Source of the DNA: an uncultured Peptococcaceae bacterium
Lineage (GTDB): Bacteria; Bacillota; Dehalobacteriia; UBA4068
Direction of reading: 5' to 3'
Assembly: GCA_964425485.1 (NCBI GenBank)
Contig: CAYRML010000001.1
Location: forward strand, 1 to 45,991
Length of the DNA: 45,991 nucleotides
Within the stretch, counting starts at the first letter, position 1. Each line of letters begins with the position of its first letter. Of the stretch, positions 1-9,444 are shown piece by piece. Made by a program: the position numbers and the translations under genes. The notes under the pieces were generated by a model, which worked only from the letters and a program-made list of their open reading frames with translations, was not told the origin of the DNA and made no database searches.

Positions 1-290
1 CTACATCACAAAAAATATTAAAAGAGGCTGGGATCGATCCTAATACAAGGGTCAAGGACCTGACCGAAGATGAAGTGCTCAAGATCCGGGAAGTTATGGA
101 TCGTACTTGCCAGGTTGAAGGTGACCTGCGCAGAGATATTGCTTTGAATATAAAACGCCTAACAGAAATCGGCTGCTATCGTGGTATACGTCACCGTCGT
201 GGCTTGCCTGTGCGTGGGCAGAAAACTAAAACTAATGCCCGCACCAGAAAAGGCCCCAAACGGACTGTTGGCGCGAAACGTAAAAAATAG
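1..290 (+). CDS. rpsM: 30S ribosomal protein S13 (C-terminal part; N-terminus upstream of window)
   Basis: The frame is open from the window edge (codons start at nt 3). It reads [25 protein letters not shown]...[38 protein letters not shown], the conserved S13 C-terminus. Stop at 288-290. It is followed by S11-S4-rpoA-L17 as in the bacterial alpha operon. Confidence 0.95.
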   Translation, partial: TSQKILKEAGIDPNTRVKDLTEDEVLKIREVMDRTCQVEGDLRRDIALNIKRLTEIGCYRGIRHRRGLPVRGQKTKTNARTRKGPKRTVGAKRKK

Positions 291-309
291 AGGAAGGGAG
301 GTCTTTTGA

Positions 310-696
310 TTGGCAAGAAGACAAACTCGCAGAAAAAAAGAAAGAAAAAATATTGAAGTGGGCGTAGCTCATATTCAATCCACTTTTAACAATACCTTGA
401 TTACCATTACCGATAAATTCGGCAATGCCGTGTCTTGGTCTTCCGCGGGAGCAATGGGTTTTAAAGGCTCCAGAAAAAGCACGCCTTTTGCGGCCCAAAT
501 GGCTGCCGATGTAGCTGCCAAGGAAGCTATGGAGCATGGTATGCGCCAGGTTGAATGTTTGGTAAAAGGTCCTGGTTCCGGAAGAGAAGCCGCCATCCGT
601 TCATTACAGGCTGCCGGTTTGGAGGTCAGCATGATTAAAGATGTGACTCCCATTCCTCATAATGGCTGCCGTCCGCCCAAAAGAAGAAGAGTTTAG
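310..696 (+). CDS. rpsK: 30S ribosomal protein S11
   Basis: 128 aa. TTG start lies downstream of a GGAAGGGAGG SD. The S11 signature is present: [18 protein letters not shown]...[14 protein letters not shown]...[13 protein letters not shown]. Confidence 0.97.
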   Translation: MARRQTRRKKERKNIEVGVAHIQSTFNNTLITITDKFGNAVSWSSAGAMGFKGSRKSTPFAAQMAADVAAKEAMEHGMRQVECLVKGPGSGREAAIRSLQAAGLEVSMIKDVTPIPHNGCRPPKRRRV

Positions 697-707
697 GAGG
701 TTACCGC

Positions 708-1334
708 ATGGCTAGATATAAAGGTGCTGTTTGCCGCCTCTGCCGTCGTGAAGGCATGAAACTCTACCTTAAAGGTGACCGTTGCTATTCCGACAAATGC
801 GCTTTGACCAACAAATCATATGCGCCCGGTCAGCACGGTCAATCCAGAAAGAAAGTTTCCGAGTATGGTATTCAGCTGAGAGAAAAACAAAAAGTACGCC
901 GTATTTATGGCATATTAGAAAAACAATTCCGCAACTATTTCCAAAAAGCGGAAAAACAAAAAGGTGTTACCGGTGAAAATCTTTTGAGATTATTGGAAAG
1001 CCGCCTGGATAATGTCGTTTATCGTTTGGGCTTTGCTTCTTCCAGAGTTGATTCCCGTCAATTGGTTCGTCATGGCCACTTCACCGTTAACGGCAAAAAA
1101 GTCAACATTCCTTCCTACATGATTAAAGTAGGGGATGTGATTACTGTCAAAGAAAAGAGCAGGACATCTACCAAAATACAAGCTATTGCTGCTGCTTTGG
1201 CTGCTCGTACTGCTCCGGCCTGGCTGGAAGTCGATAAGGAAAATTTGGTCGGTAAAGTCATTGCCTTACCCACAAGAGAAGATATAGATTTGCCAATCGA
1301 TGAGCAATTGATAATCGAGCTTTACTCCCGTTAA
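708..1334 (+). CDS. rpsD: 30S ribosomal protein S4
   Basis: 208 aa, [26 protein letters not shown]... The Cys-rich S4 N-terminus and the S4 RNA-binding domain ([26 protein letters not shown]) are both present. SD is AGGAGG. Confidence 0.97.
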   Translation: MARYKGAVCRLCRREGMKLYLKGDRCYSDKCALTNKSYAPGQHGQSRKKVSEYGIQLREKQKVRRIYGILEKQFRNYFQKAEKQKGVTGENLLRLLESRLDNVVYRLGFASSRVDSRQLVRHGHFTVNGKKVNIPSYMIKVGDVITVKEKSRTSTKIQAIAAALAARTAPAWLEVDKENLVGKVIALPTREDIDLPIDEQLIIELYSR

Positions 1335-1368
1335 TATTGATTAATGCTCAAAAAAGGAGGGCGATAAT

Positions 1369-2316
1369 ATGTTTGGAATAGAAAAGCCCAAAGTCCAATG
1401 TGTAGAAAAGGCAGAGGATAATTCTTATGGTAAATTTGTGGTTGAACCTCTGGAAAGGGGTTACGGTATAACTTTGGGGAATGCTTTGCGCCGTGTGTTG
1501 CTTTCTGCATTGCCTGGTGCTGCTGTTACTTCTGTTAAAATAGAAGGAGTTCTGCATGAATTTACTACAGCTCCCGGAGTGGTGGAAGATATCACCGATA
1601 TCATACTCAACCTCAAAGGTCTCTCCGTGAAAATGCATTGTGATGAACCTCAAACGATCTATGTCGAAGCAAAAGGTGCTGGTGTTGTTACTGCCGCCGA
1701 TATTAAATGTCCAGCAACTGTTGATATTTTAAATCCTGATCATTATATCGCGACTTTAGATGATGATGGCTATTTGATGATGGAAATTTCCGTTGATAAG
1801 GGCCGTGGTTATGTCAGTGCCGAAAAGAACAAAAAAGAGAATCAACCTATCGGTATCATCCCTATTGATTCTCTGTTTTCTCCAGTCGTTAAAGTCAATT
1901 TCGGAGTAGAAGATACACGGGTCGGCCAACAAACAGACTATGATAAACTGACTTTGGAAGTTTGGACTGATAAAACAATTGCACCGGATGAGGCAATCAG
2001 TGCTTCGGCCCATATCCTCAGCGATTATCTTAATCTTTTTATTTTCCTTACGGAAAGCGCCCCGCCTGAAGTTGCCTTGGTGGAAAAGGAAGAAGATAAA
2101 AAGAATAAATTGCTGGAAATGACCATAGAGGAATTGGATCTTTCCGTACGTTCTTATAATTGTCTTAAACGCGCCGGCATCCATACCACGCAGGAATTAA
2201 CACAAAAAACAGAAGAAGAAATGATGAAAGTCCGCAATTTAGGACGCAAATCATTGGAAGAAGTCATGAGTAAATTGGATGAATTAGGCCTGTCTCTAAA
2301 GAAAAATGATGAATAA
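1369..2316 (+). CDS. rpoA: DNA-directed RNA polymerase subunit alpha
   Basis: 315 aa. The N-terminal assembly domain is present ([27 protein letters not shown]). The C-terminal domain has the helix-hairpin-helix motif ([19 protein letters not shown]). SD is AAGGAGG. Confidence 0.97.
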   Translation: MFGIEKPKVQCVEKAEDNSYGKFVVEPLERGYGITLGNALRRVLLSALPGAAVTSVKIEGVLHEFTTAPGVVEDITDIILNLKGLSVKMHCDEPQTIYVEAKGAGVVTAADIKCPATVDILNPDHYIATLDDDGYLMMEISVDKGRGYVSAEKNKKENQPIGIIPIDSLFSPVVKVNFGVEDTRVGQQTDYDKLTLEVWTDKTIAPDEAISASAHILSDYLNLFIFLTESAPPEVALVEKEEDKKNKLLEMTIEELDLSVRSYNCLKRAGIHTTQELTQKTEEEMMKVRNLGRKSLEEVMSKLDELGLSLKKNDE

Positions 2317-2346
2317 AGAAAGACCGAGAGCAAAGGAGGTTGGGAA

Positions 2347-2685
2347 ATGGCATACCGCAGATTAGGCGTAAAAAGCGCGCATCGTCGTGCTATATTGCGC
2401 AATGCGTCTACTTCCCTTTTGAAAAATGGTAAAATAGAAACGACCGAAGCTCGTGCCAAGGAATTGGCTAGCGTGGTGGATAAAATGATTACTTTAGGCA
2501 AAAAAGGTGATCTGGCCGCCCGTCGAACTGCTTTGGCTTATCTCAACGAAGAGGATATAGTTACTAAGTTGTTTAATGAGATTGCTCCTAAATATGCGGA
2601 CCGTCAAGGCGGTTATACGCGCATTATACGCTTGGGTCAAAGACGTGGCGACGCTGCTCAGATGGCTCTGATTGAACTAGTGTAA
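2347..2685 (+). CDS. rplQ: 50S ribosomal protein L17
   Basis: 112 aa, [19 protein letters not shown]...[15 protein letters not shown], typical L17. SD is AAGGAGG. Confidence 0.96.
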   Translation: MAYRRLGVKSAHRRAILRNASTSLLKNGKIETTEARAKELASVVDKMITLGKKGDLAARRTALAYLNEEDIVTKLFNEIAPKYADRQGGYTRIIRLGQRRGDAAQMALIELV

Positions 2686-2711
2686 TTATCTCCATAAACG
2701 GCAAAAGCAAG

Positions 2712-2747
2712 AGTCAGGGTAGATGGCCTATCCTGACTTTTTGATTT
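2712..2747 (+). terminator. Rho-independent terminator after rplQ
   Basis: Stem AGTCAGG(G)TAG / CTA(T)CCTGACT with one mismatch, followed by TTTTTGATTTT. Confidence 0.6.
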
Positions 2748-2760
2748 TACGGGGTGCCAT

Positions 2761-3579
2761 ATGATAGAGATCAAAAATATTTCTTTTGGATATGATAAGG
2801 AAGGCGAGCAAAAAGCGCTGCGTGATATAAATCTTGCCGTGCATAGAGGAGAATGGCTGGCTGTCTTGGGCGCCAATGGCTCCGGTAAAAGCACCTTGGC
2901 CCAGCATCTCAATGGGCTTTTATTGCCCGATCAAGGCCAGGTTTTGGTGGAGGGATTGGATACCAAGGATGCCAATAATATCTTGCAGGTGCGGCAAAAA
3001 GTGGCTTTTGTCCTGCAAAATCCCGAAAATCAGATCGTGGGTACCAGTGTGGAGGAAGATATAGCTTTTGGGCCTGAGAACTTGGGTCTTGCTCCCGAGG
3101 AAATTGGCAAACGGGTAGAAATGTCTCTCTCCTTCACAGGCCTACAGGAGCAGCGGAAAAAAGAGCCGCATCTGTTATCAGGTGGGCAAAAGCAGCTTTT
3201 AGCCATCGCGGGGGCTTTGGCTATGTCGCCACACTATTTGCTATTGGATGAACCGACATCCATGCTGGATCCCCGTATGCGCCGGCAGATTATTGAGGTG
3301 CTGAAATATTTACAACAACAATTGTCCATGGGCATCATCTATATAACCAATATGATGGAAGATATTCTGTGGGCAGATAGAGTGGCAGTTTTGCAGGCAG
3401 GTCGCTTGATGGCTGTGGGTGCATCAAAGCAAATATTTGCTGATCCGCGGCAAGTTTGCGCCTGGGGTTTGTCCTTACCGGCGATAGGCTGTTTATCGGC
3501 TATGTTGGCGGAAGCCGGGCATGAACAATTGGGCGGCATTTATGACAGTGACGAGATGGTGGAGGCTTTATGCAAATAA
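2761..3579 (+). CDS. ecfA1: Energy-coupling factor (ECF) transporter ATPase subunit
   Basis: 272 aa ABC ATPase with Walker A (GANGSGKST), signature (LSGGQKQ) and Walker B (LLLDEPTS). It sits in the rplQ-ecfA-ecfA'-ecfT-truA position conserved in Firmicutes. Confidence 0.9.
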   Translation: MIEIKNISFGYDKEGEQKALRDINLAVHRGEWLAVLGANGSGKSTLAQHLNGLLLPDQGQVLVEGLDTKDANNILQVRQKVAFVLQNPENQIVGTSVEEDIAFGPENLGLAPEEIGKRVEMSLSFTGLQEQRKKEPHLLSGGQKQLLAIAGALAMSPHYLLLDEPTSMLDPRMRRQIIEVLKYLQQQLSMGIIYITNMMEDILWADRVAVLQAGRLMAVGASKQIFADPRQVCAWGLSLPAIGCLSAMLAEAGHEQLGGIYDSDEMVEALCK

Positions 3580-4418
3580 GACTAGATAATGTCAGTTATA
3601 TATATCAGCATGGCTCCCCCTTGGCTCTGGCTGCTATCAGGGATATCGACTTATTCATTCCCAGCGGCCAATTTGTAGTATTATTGGGGCATAGTGGTTG
3701 CGGTAAAAGCACTTTGGCTCAGGTGATAACCGGCCTTTTAGAGCCACAAAAAGGCCGTGTTGAGATAGATAGTCAAGCAAAGGAAAAAGATCATATTTTT
3801 AAGCGGGTAGGATTGGTTTTTCAATATTCGGAACAGCAGTTTTTTGCAGAAACAGTGCATGAGGAAGTGGCTTTTGCCGCCAAAAACATGGGACTGCCTC
3901 AGCAAAAAATTACTGAAACGGTAGAGTCATCCTTGCAGAAAGTTGGTCTAAACCCAGAATTATTTGCAGATCGTTCTCCCTTTAATTTATCGGGTGGAGA
4001 GAAAAGAAGAGTGGCCGCGGCTTCTGTTTTGGCCATGCAACCTGACGTTCTCATTTTTGATGAGCCCACGGCCGGTTTGGATGCAAATGGCCGGGATTGG
4101 ATGTGTCGGTTGGCTAAATCTGAGCATCGGGCAGGCACCACCATCATTTGGATCACCCATAATATGGATGAAGCGGCCATGTTGGCAGAGAGAATATTGG
4201 TTATGAATAACGGCTCCATTGCTTTGGATGGCTCGCCGCGGCAGGTTTTCGCGCAGGAAGAACTTTTAGCAAGCCTAGGCTTGGAAGTGCCGGTTGCAGC
4301 CGCTTTGCTGCGCAAGTTGCGTATGAGAAACTTTCCTGTGCCGGCACAAGGTTTGAGTGTGGAAGAGGCTTTTCGGGAAATCAACCAGGCTTTGCTGCAA
4401 AGGGGTGACCGACCATGA
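3570..4418 (+). CDS. ecfA2: ECF transporter ATPase subunit (second copy)
   Basis: 282 aa with Walker A (GHSGCGKST), signature (LSGGEKRR) and Walker B (LIFDEPTAGLD). It overlaps the ecfA1 stop by 10 nt, suggesting translational coupling. Confidence 0.9.
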   Translation: MQIRLDNVSYIYQHGSPLALAAIRDIDLFIPSGQFVVLLGHSGCGKSTLAQVITGLLEPQKGRVEIDSQAKEKDHIFKRVGLVFQYSEQQFFAETVHEEVAFAAKNMGLPQQKITETVESSLQKVGLNPELFADRSPFNLSGGEKRRVAAASVLAMQPDVLIFDEPTAGLDANGRDWMCRLAKSEHRAGTTIIWITHNMDEAAMLAERILVMNNGSIALDGSPRQVFAQEELLASLGLEVPVAAALLRKLRMRNFPVPAQGLSVEEAFREINQALLQRGDRP

Positions 4419-5224
4419 TGGCTGATAAATTGATGGTTGGTAAGTATTATCCGCTTGATTCGCTGGTGCATAATTTAGATGCGCGGACCAAGCTCTTAAT
4501 TATGATTCTCTATATGGCCGCTCTTTTTACGGCCAGTGATTGGCTTGCTTTTGCGCTGTTTACTGCTGTTTTCCTGGCATTTTTATTTATGAGCCATGTG
4601 CCGATCTATGCTCTGTGGAGAGGGATGTGGTTGATCGTAATTTTGATCGCCGTCGGCATGTTTTTCAACTTTTTTGCCACTAGCGGCACCGTTATTGCTC
4701 AATGGGGATTTTTGCAATTGACGGCAGAGGGCTTGGCACAAGGCTTAAAACTGGGGCTACGCTTGATTCTGCTGATCTTTTTCGTGTCTTTGCTGACGCT
4801 TTGTACCCGTCCTTTGGACCTAACCGATGGCCTGGAGCAAATATTATCTCCTTTGGCCAAAAAGGGGGCGCCGATACATGAGTTTGCCATGGTCATTTCC
4901 TTAGCCCTGCGTTTTATACCGACAATTTTGCAGGAATTTGATCGTATCGTCTTGGCGCAAAAAGCCAGAGGCGCACAATTTTCCGGCGGTTTGATCAATA
5001 AAATCAAACAGACTATGCCTTTATTGGTACCTCTTTTTATCAGCACTTTTCGTCGTGCCGATGATTTGGCTCTGGCCATGGATGCTCGCTGTTATACTGG
5101 CGGACAGGGGCGTAGCCGCTGGCGGCAAAACAGATGGCGGCTATCGGATACAGTTGTCATTATTATTTTTCTTGCCATGACGACATTGATCATTTATTGG
5201 CGTATCAGGGGGTTATATGCGTAA
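4415..5224 (+). CDS. ecfT: ECF transporter transmembrane (T) component
   Basis: 269 aa polytopic membrane protein carrying the ARG motifs typical of CbiQ/EcfT (...ILQEFDRIVLAQKARG...FRRADDLALAMDARCY). ATGA overlap with ecfA2. Confidence 0.88.
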   Translation: MMADKLMVGKYYPLDSLVHNLDARTKLLIMILYMAALFTASDWLAFALFTAVFLAFLFMSHVPIYALWRGMWLIVILIAVGMFFNFFATSGTVIAQWGFLQLTAEGLAQGLKLGLRLILLIFFVSLLTLCTRPLDLTDGLEQILSPLAKKGAPIHEFAMVISLALRFIPTILQEFDRIVLAQKARGAQFSGGLINKIKQTMPLLVPLFISTFRRADDLALAMDARCYTGGQGRSRWRQNRWRLSDTVVIIIFLAMTTLIIYWRIRGLYA

Positions 5225-5987
5225 TATCAAATTAACCATCCAATATGACGGGACCGGCTATATAGGTTGGCAGAATCAGCCGCAATTTCATGGCCGCAGC
5301 GTTCAGCAGACTTTGGAATCAGCCCTAAAGAAAGTTCTGCTGCATCCCGTAACAATATATGGCGCGGGGAGAACGGATGCCGGTGTCAGTGCCTTGGGCC
5401 AGGTTGCCAATTTTCATACGGAAAATATCATACCTATAGAAAAATTAATATTGGCCCTCAACCATGTTCTGCCGAACGATATACGCATTTGCGAAGCCAA
5501 AGAGGTGGATCAGGATTTTCATGCCCGCTATGATGCTGGCGGCAAAACCTATATTTATACCATTGATCAATCCTCAGATTGTAATGTTTTTCTTGGCCAT
5601 TGGGCTTGGCAAATACCGCAGCGATTGGATATCGGGGCTATGCAAGAGGCTGCCTTATATATGATAGGACAGCATGATTTCAGCCAATTTTGTGCGGCTG
5701 GGGGTTCCGCCAAAAGCCATATCAGGCGTATTGATAGCCTGATAATAGGGCAAACTGAGCATATAAACCAGCTGCCTTGGAGCGCCCTGCCGCAGCCTTT
5801 GCTGATTGAAATTTCCGGCAATGGCTTTTTATATAAGATGGTGCGCTTTATCACAGCGCGTTTAGTTGCCGTTGGTTTAGGCAAATATCAGCCGGTTGAC
5901 ATGCAAAAGTTTTTGCAAAATCAAATGTCCATAGCCATAAAGCCGGCGCCGGCACAAGGTTTGATCTTATGGCAGGTAAAATATTAA
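5217..5987 (+). CDS. truA: tRNA pseudouridine(38-40) synthase
   Basis: 256 aa, IQYDGTGYIGWQNQP...YGAGRTDAGVSALGQVANF. This includes the catalytic Asp in the GRTDAGV motif. Overlaps ecfT by 8 nt. Confidence 0.93.
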   Translation: MRNIKLTIQYDGTGYIGWQNQPQFHGRSVQQTLESALKKVLLHPVTIYGAGRTDAGVSALGQVANFHTENIIPIEKLILALNHVLPNDIRICEAKEVDQDFHARYDAGGKTYIYTIDQSSDCNVFLGHWAWQIPQRLDIGAMQEAALYMIGQHDFSQFCAAGGSAKSHIRRIDSLIIGQTEHINQLPWSALPQPLLIEISGNGFLYKMVRFITARLVAVGLGKYQPVDMQKFLQNQMSIAIKPAPAQGLILWQVKY

Positions 5988-6016
5988 ATAGCTGTGAGAA
6001 AATATCAGATATTTTC

Positions 6017-6045
6017 TTGACATAGGCACAATGCCTGTATATAAT
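6017..6045 (+). promoter_or_regulatory. Sigma-A type promoter of rplM-rpsI
   Basis: Consensus TTGACA (6017-6022), exact 17-nt spacer, consensus TATAAT (6040-6045). A 19-bp AT-rich palindrome GAAAATATCAGATATTTTC (5998-6016) abuts the -35. Confidence 0.8.
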
Positions 6046-6125
6046 ATATAGGTAGCGCCTTTTGACTTCTGCCCCGTTGGCGAAAGGCTGAATTTTCTTT
6101 TTGTGATTTTAAGGAGGGAAACAAC
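6046..6125 (+). promoter_or_regulatory. rplM 5' leader (candidate L13 autoregulatory leader with terminator-like hairpin)
   Basis: About 75 nt lie between the promoter and the SD. GCCTTT (6057-6062) pairs with AAAGGC (6083-6088), with an inner GCC/GGC pairing, and is followed by the U-rich tract TGAATTTTCTTTTTG. An L13 leader RNA is known upstream of rplM in Firmicutes. The assignment here rests on position and fold only. Confidence 0.45.
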
Positions 6126-6554
6126 TTGGGTACTTATATGGCAAAGCCTGCTGATATCCAAAGAGCTTGGTATATATTGGACGCCGCCGGCAAACCGCTG
6201 GGTCGCATCGCGACTGAGGCCGCTCGTTTGCTGCGTGGCAAGCATAAACCTATTTTCACCCCCCATATCGATACCGGCGATTTTGTTATTATAATCAATG
6301 CCGACAAAGCCATTTTGACCGGCAACAAACTCATGCAAAAGAAATACTATCGTCATTCCGGTTATCCGGGCGGTTTAAAAGAGATGACTTATAAAGATTT
6401 GATGGCAAAAAGACCAGTATTGGCTGTTGAAAAAGCTGTCAAAGGCATGATGCCCCATAATCGTTTGGGCAGGGCCGCTGCCGGCAAACTGAAAGTTTAT
6501 GCCGGTGTCACTCATCCGCATGAAGCGCAAAAACCGCAGTTATGGCAGTTTTAG
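6126..6554 (+). CDS. rplM: 50S ribosomal protein L13
   Basis: 142 aa. TTG start 7 nt after AGGAGG. The N-terminus [27 protein letters not shown] parallels Bacillus L13 (MRTT.MA...). Confidence 0.95.
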   Translation: MGTYMAKPADIQRAWYILDAAGKPLGRIATEAARLLRGKHKPIFTPHIDTGDFVIIINADKAILTGNKLMQKKYYRHSGYPGGLKEMTYKDLMAKRPVLAVEKAVKGMMPHNRLGRAAAGKLKVYAGVTHPHEAQKPQLWQF

Positions 6555-6575
6555 TCGAAGGGAGGATAATCAGAA

Positions 6576-6971
6576 ATGGCTGATCAATTGAAATATTATG
6601 CTACCGGTCGCCGCAAAAACGCTATCGCTAAAGTTTGGCTGATAGCCGGCAAAGGTGATATTACTATCAATAAAAGAGGTTTGGGTGAATATTTCGGCAA
6701 AAAAACTTTGGAAATGATCGTCAAACAGCCTTTGGAACTGACTTCTGCTTTGGGCAAATATGATGTTATCGCCAGCGTTAAAGGTGGCGGCACTACCGGC
6801 CAGGCCGGCGCTGTGCGTCATGGTATTGCCAGAGCACTTTGTTTAGCTGATGATGGTTTACGACCATCACTTAAATCCGCCGGCTTCATCACTCGTGATC
6901 CCAGAATGAAAGAAAGACGCAAATACGGTTTGAAAAAAGCCCGCAAAGCAAGCCAATTCTCCAAACGTTAA
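6576..6971 (+). CDS. rpsI: 30S ribosomal protein S9
   Basis: 131 aa, ...[16 protein letters not shown]...[19 protein letters not shown]...[12 protein letters not shown], the S9 signature. Confidence 0.96.
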   Translation: MADQLKYYATGRRKNAIAKVWLIAGKGDITINKRGLGEYFGKKTLEMIVKQPLELTSALGKYDVIASVKGGGTTGQAGAVRHGIARALCLADDGLRPSLKSAGFITRDPRMKERRKYGLKKARKASQFSKR

Positions 6972-6983
6972 ACTGTTATCTCG

Positions 6984-7021
6984 CAAGCTGTTATGTATAG
7001 TTCATAACAGCTTGTTATTTT
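6984..7021 (+). terminator. Rho-independent terminator after rpsI
   Basis: Perfect 12-bp stem CAAGCTGTTATG / CATAACAGCTTG, 7-nt loop, then TTATTTT. Confidence 0.8.
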
Positions 7022-7179
7022 ATATAAAAATGATTTTATACGGCAAAGGGCAGGATAAATATTAATGAGGTAGAAAAAGGTATAAGAGTATATTTGTTAA
7101 AATATGGACATTTTAAAACATACGATAAATAAAAAATAAGCTGTCGCCAATGGACAGCTCTTATATATGGAGGATGATT

Positions 7180-7686
7180 ATGAGCAAAGAAAACGAGCTT
7201 ACTCATATAGATGAAAATGGCCGTCCCAGGATGGTCGATGTTTCAACCAAAGCGGAAACCGATCGCATAGCAATTGCCCGTGGCTGGGTTAAGATGGAAG
7301 CGGAAACTTTGTTACGCATTAAACAAAAGGATCTAAAAAAAGGCGATGTCCTGGGGGTGGCGCAAGTTGCCGGCATCATGGCTGCCAAAAGAACCTCCGA
7401 TTTTATTCCCATGTGCCATCCTTTGATGCTGACAGGTATTGAAATGGATTTTAGCTTTAATGATGAAGAATGTAAAGTGGAGATACAAGCGACAGTCAAA
7501 AACAATGGCAAGACCGGTGTCGAGATAGAGGCGCTGACTGCAGTGGCCGTAGCTGGACTTACTATTTATGATATGTGCAAGGCCATTGACCGCGGTATGA
7601 TTATCGGCGATGTGCGTCTTATTTCTAAAAGCGGTGGTAAAAGCGGCACTTTCATCAGAGAAGGGGAAAAAGAATGGATAAAATAA
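7180..7686 (+). CDS. moaC: Cyclic pyranopterin monophosphate synthase MoaC
   Basis: MSKENELTHIDENGRPRMVDVS...ARG...KKGDVLGVAQVAGIMAAKRTSDFIPMCHPL...ALTAVAVAGLTIYDMCKA, the MoaC signature. Start was moved from 7150 to the ATG at 7180, 6 nt after GGAGG. Confidence 0.9.
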   Translation: MSKENELTHIDENGRPRMVDVSTKAETDRIAIARGWVKMEAETLLRIKQKDLKKGDVLGVAQVAGIMAAKRTSDFIPMCHPLMLTGIEMDFSFNDEECKVEIQATVKNNGKTGVEIEALTAVAVAGLTIYDMCKAIDRGMIIGDVRLISKSGGKSGTFIREGEKEWIK

Positions 7687-8648
7687 AGGCCAAAGATCTA
7701 AAAAAAGGCCCTGCCATAGGCGAAATTGTTGCTGTTTGTGCCAGCCCGGTTAAAGGTGTACGCAAAAAAGATATAGCTACTGGCATGTTGCTGCAGGACT
7801 GGGGTTTAGAAGGTGATGCCCATGGCGGTAAATGGCATCGGCAGGTCAGCCTTTTGGCAAAGGAAAGTATCGATAAGATGATAGCCAAGGGCCTGGATGT
7901 GGGGGCCGGCGATTTCGCAGAAAATATTACCACCAAGGGATTGGAATTATATACTTTGCCTATTGGTACCAGGATGTGGTTGGGCGATGAATGTCTGACA
8001 CAGATCACTCAGATCGGTAAGGAATGCCATCATCATTGTGCCATTTATAAGCAGGCTGGCGATTGTGTGATGCCCAGAGAGGGCATATTTGTGCGGGTAA
8101 TCAGCGGCGGAGCCATTGCCAATGGCCAGCCGATTTATGGCGCCGATGATGTGATTACTTTTGCTATAATCATAGCCAGCGATAAAGGTGCGGCCGGGCA
8201 GAGGGAAGATAGGGGCGGCCCGGCTATCAGGGAGATGTTGGTGGGCAAGAATGCTTTGGAGATAGATTATCGCATCATCGCTGATAATCGGCAAGAATTA
8301 GCCGAGGCCATGCGCGACTTAGCGGATAATTATACAGTTGATGTTATTTTTATAAGCGGCGGCACCGGCTTTTCTCCGCGGGATAATACCCCGGAAGCGA
8401 CTCTGGATGTCATCGATAAAGAGGTGCCCGGTATTGCCGAGGCTATGCGGGCTAAAAGTATGGAGATCACACCTAAGGCTATGCTTTCGCGAGCTGTGGC
8501 TGGTATTAGGGGTCGAACTTTGATTATAAATCTTCCGGGAAGCCCCAAAGCGGTCAAAGAATGCTTGGAGGTTATCCTTCCGGCTTTACCTCATGGCATA
8601 AGCATTTTGCGTGGCATTGGCGGGGAATGTGCGGAGCCTGTGAAATAA
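7674..8648 (+). CDS. MOSC domain / MoaB-Mog (MoCF_biosynth) fusion protein
   Basis: 324 aa. The N-terminal ~150 aa is MOSC-like (GLEGDAHGGKWHRQVSLL...ECHHHCAIY). The C-terminal ~165 aa is MoaB/Mog-like (IIASDKGAAGQREDRGGPAI...ISGGTGFSPRDNTPEAT...INLPGSPKAV). Overlaps moaC by 13 nt. Confidence 0.85.
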   Translation: MDKIKAKDLKKGPAIGEIVAVCASPVKGVRKKDIATGMLLQDWGLEGDAHGGKWHRQVSLLAKESIDKMIAKGLDVGAGDFAENITTKGLELYTLPIGTRMWLGDECLTQITQIGKECHHHCAIYKQAGDCVMPREGIFVRVISGGAIANGQPIYGADDVITFAIIIASDKGAAGQREDRGGPAIREMLVGKNALEIDYRIIADNRQELAEAMRDLADNYTVDVIFISGGTGFSPRDNTPEATLDVIDKEVPGIAEAMRAKSMEITPKAMLSRAVAGIRGRTLIINLPGSPKAVKECLEVILPALPHGISILRGIGGECAEPVK

Positions 8649-8708
8649 AACGGGATTTTTAGTATAAACAACTTGCCTTCCGCATATTTTATGTCGGAGG
8701 TGAGCCCA

Positions 8709-9425
8709 TTGCGCGATAAATATTTGTCCGGGTGGCGCCTAAAATGGCTGCCTGTGGCAATCATCATAATATTAGCGGCAAGCGTGTTGTTATGGTGGCG
8801 CTTTGCCGGTGTGGAGGTCTATTCTCAACCGGTTATATCCTGGGCTTTGGCCGGCAAGACTATTTTTGTTGATCCTGGCCATGGGGCCTCTGATCCCGGC
8901 GTTGCAACTTCTGACGGCTTATTGGAAAAAGATGTAAATCTGGATATAGCGAAGGCCCTGGCCGAGATTTTGCGGCAAGCGGGAGCCTCGGTTGTGCTTT
9001 CGCGGGAAAATGATACTTTGATTGATGATACAAAAAAAGCCGACCTTGATCGGCGGCTGCAACTGATGACGGATACAGATTCAGTTGTCTGTATAAGTAT
9101 ACATGCTAATTCCTTTCCCAGAGAGCCGAGTATCTATGGGGCACAGGTTTTCTTTAACAAAGATGATGAACGGGGACAAATATTAGCCACCGATATTCAG
9201 GAAGAAGTCTCCGAGGTAAGTAACAGCAACAGAAAAGCCCTGGCCCATTCTACAGCCTATATATTACAGCATAATGCTATTCCCTTGGCTTTGGTGGAAG
9301 TCGGTTTCTTTTCTAATGAAGCGGAAAAAGCCCTTTTACAAGATGAAGAATATCAATGGCAATTGGCTTGGGCTATTTATAGTGGTATTGTGGATTATTT
9401 TGTTACTGTAGATAGTGAAGGATAA
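8709..9425 (+). CDS. cwlD: N-acetylmuramoyl-L-alanine amidase, CwlD-like (germination-specific)
   Basis: Amidase_3 signature (FVDPGHGASDPG...ISIHANSFP...VEVGFFSNEAE) preceded by one N-terminal transmembrane segment. The position after rpsI matches Bacillus cwlD. Preferred start is the TTG at 8709, 6 nt after GGAGGTG. In-frame alternatives are 8673 (TTG) and 8691 (ATG). Confidence 0.8.
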   Translation: MRDKYLSGWRLKWLPVAIIIILAASVLLWWRFAGVEVYSQPVISWALAGKTIFVDPGHGASDPGVATSDGLLEKDVNLDIAKALAEILRQAGASVVLSRENDTLIDDTKKADLDRRLQLMTDTDSVVCISIHANSFPREPSIYGAQVFFNKDDERGQILATDIQEEVSEVSNSNRKALAHSTAYILQHNAIPLALVEVGFFSNEAEKALLQDEEYQWQLAWAIYSGIVDYFVTVDSEG

Positions 9426-9444
9426 TTTGTAAGGGGATATTAGG

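Noticed and set aside
3899-4471. Long antisense ORFs inside ecfA2 (190 aa), and similar ones at 10706-11212 (argC), 16155-16715 (argG), 30958-31467 (uvrC), 13217-13663 and 36587-37006
   Set aside because: All are embedded antisense in strongly supported conserved genes. They lack ribosome-binding sites and have shadow-ORF composition. They are treated as non-coding.
7023-7179. Possible molybdenum-cofactor (Moco) riboswitch upstream of moaC
   Set aside because: The 150-nt region is extremely AT-rich with no GC-rich multi-stem architecture. Only a 7-bp hairpin (AGCTGTC/GACAGCT, 7139-7159) is present just before the SD. I cannot match it to the Moco motif from memory. A cmsearch with the Rfam Moco model would settle this.
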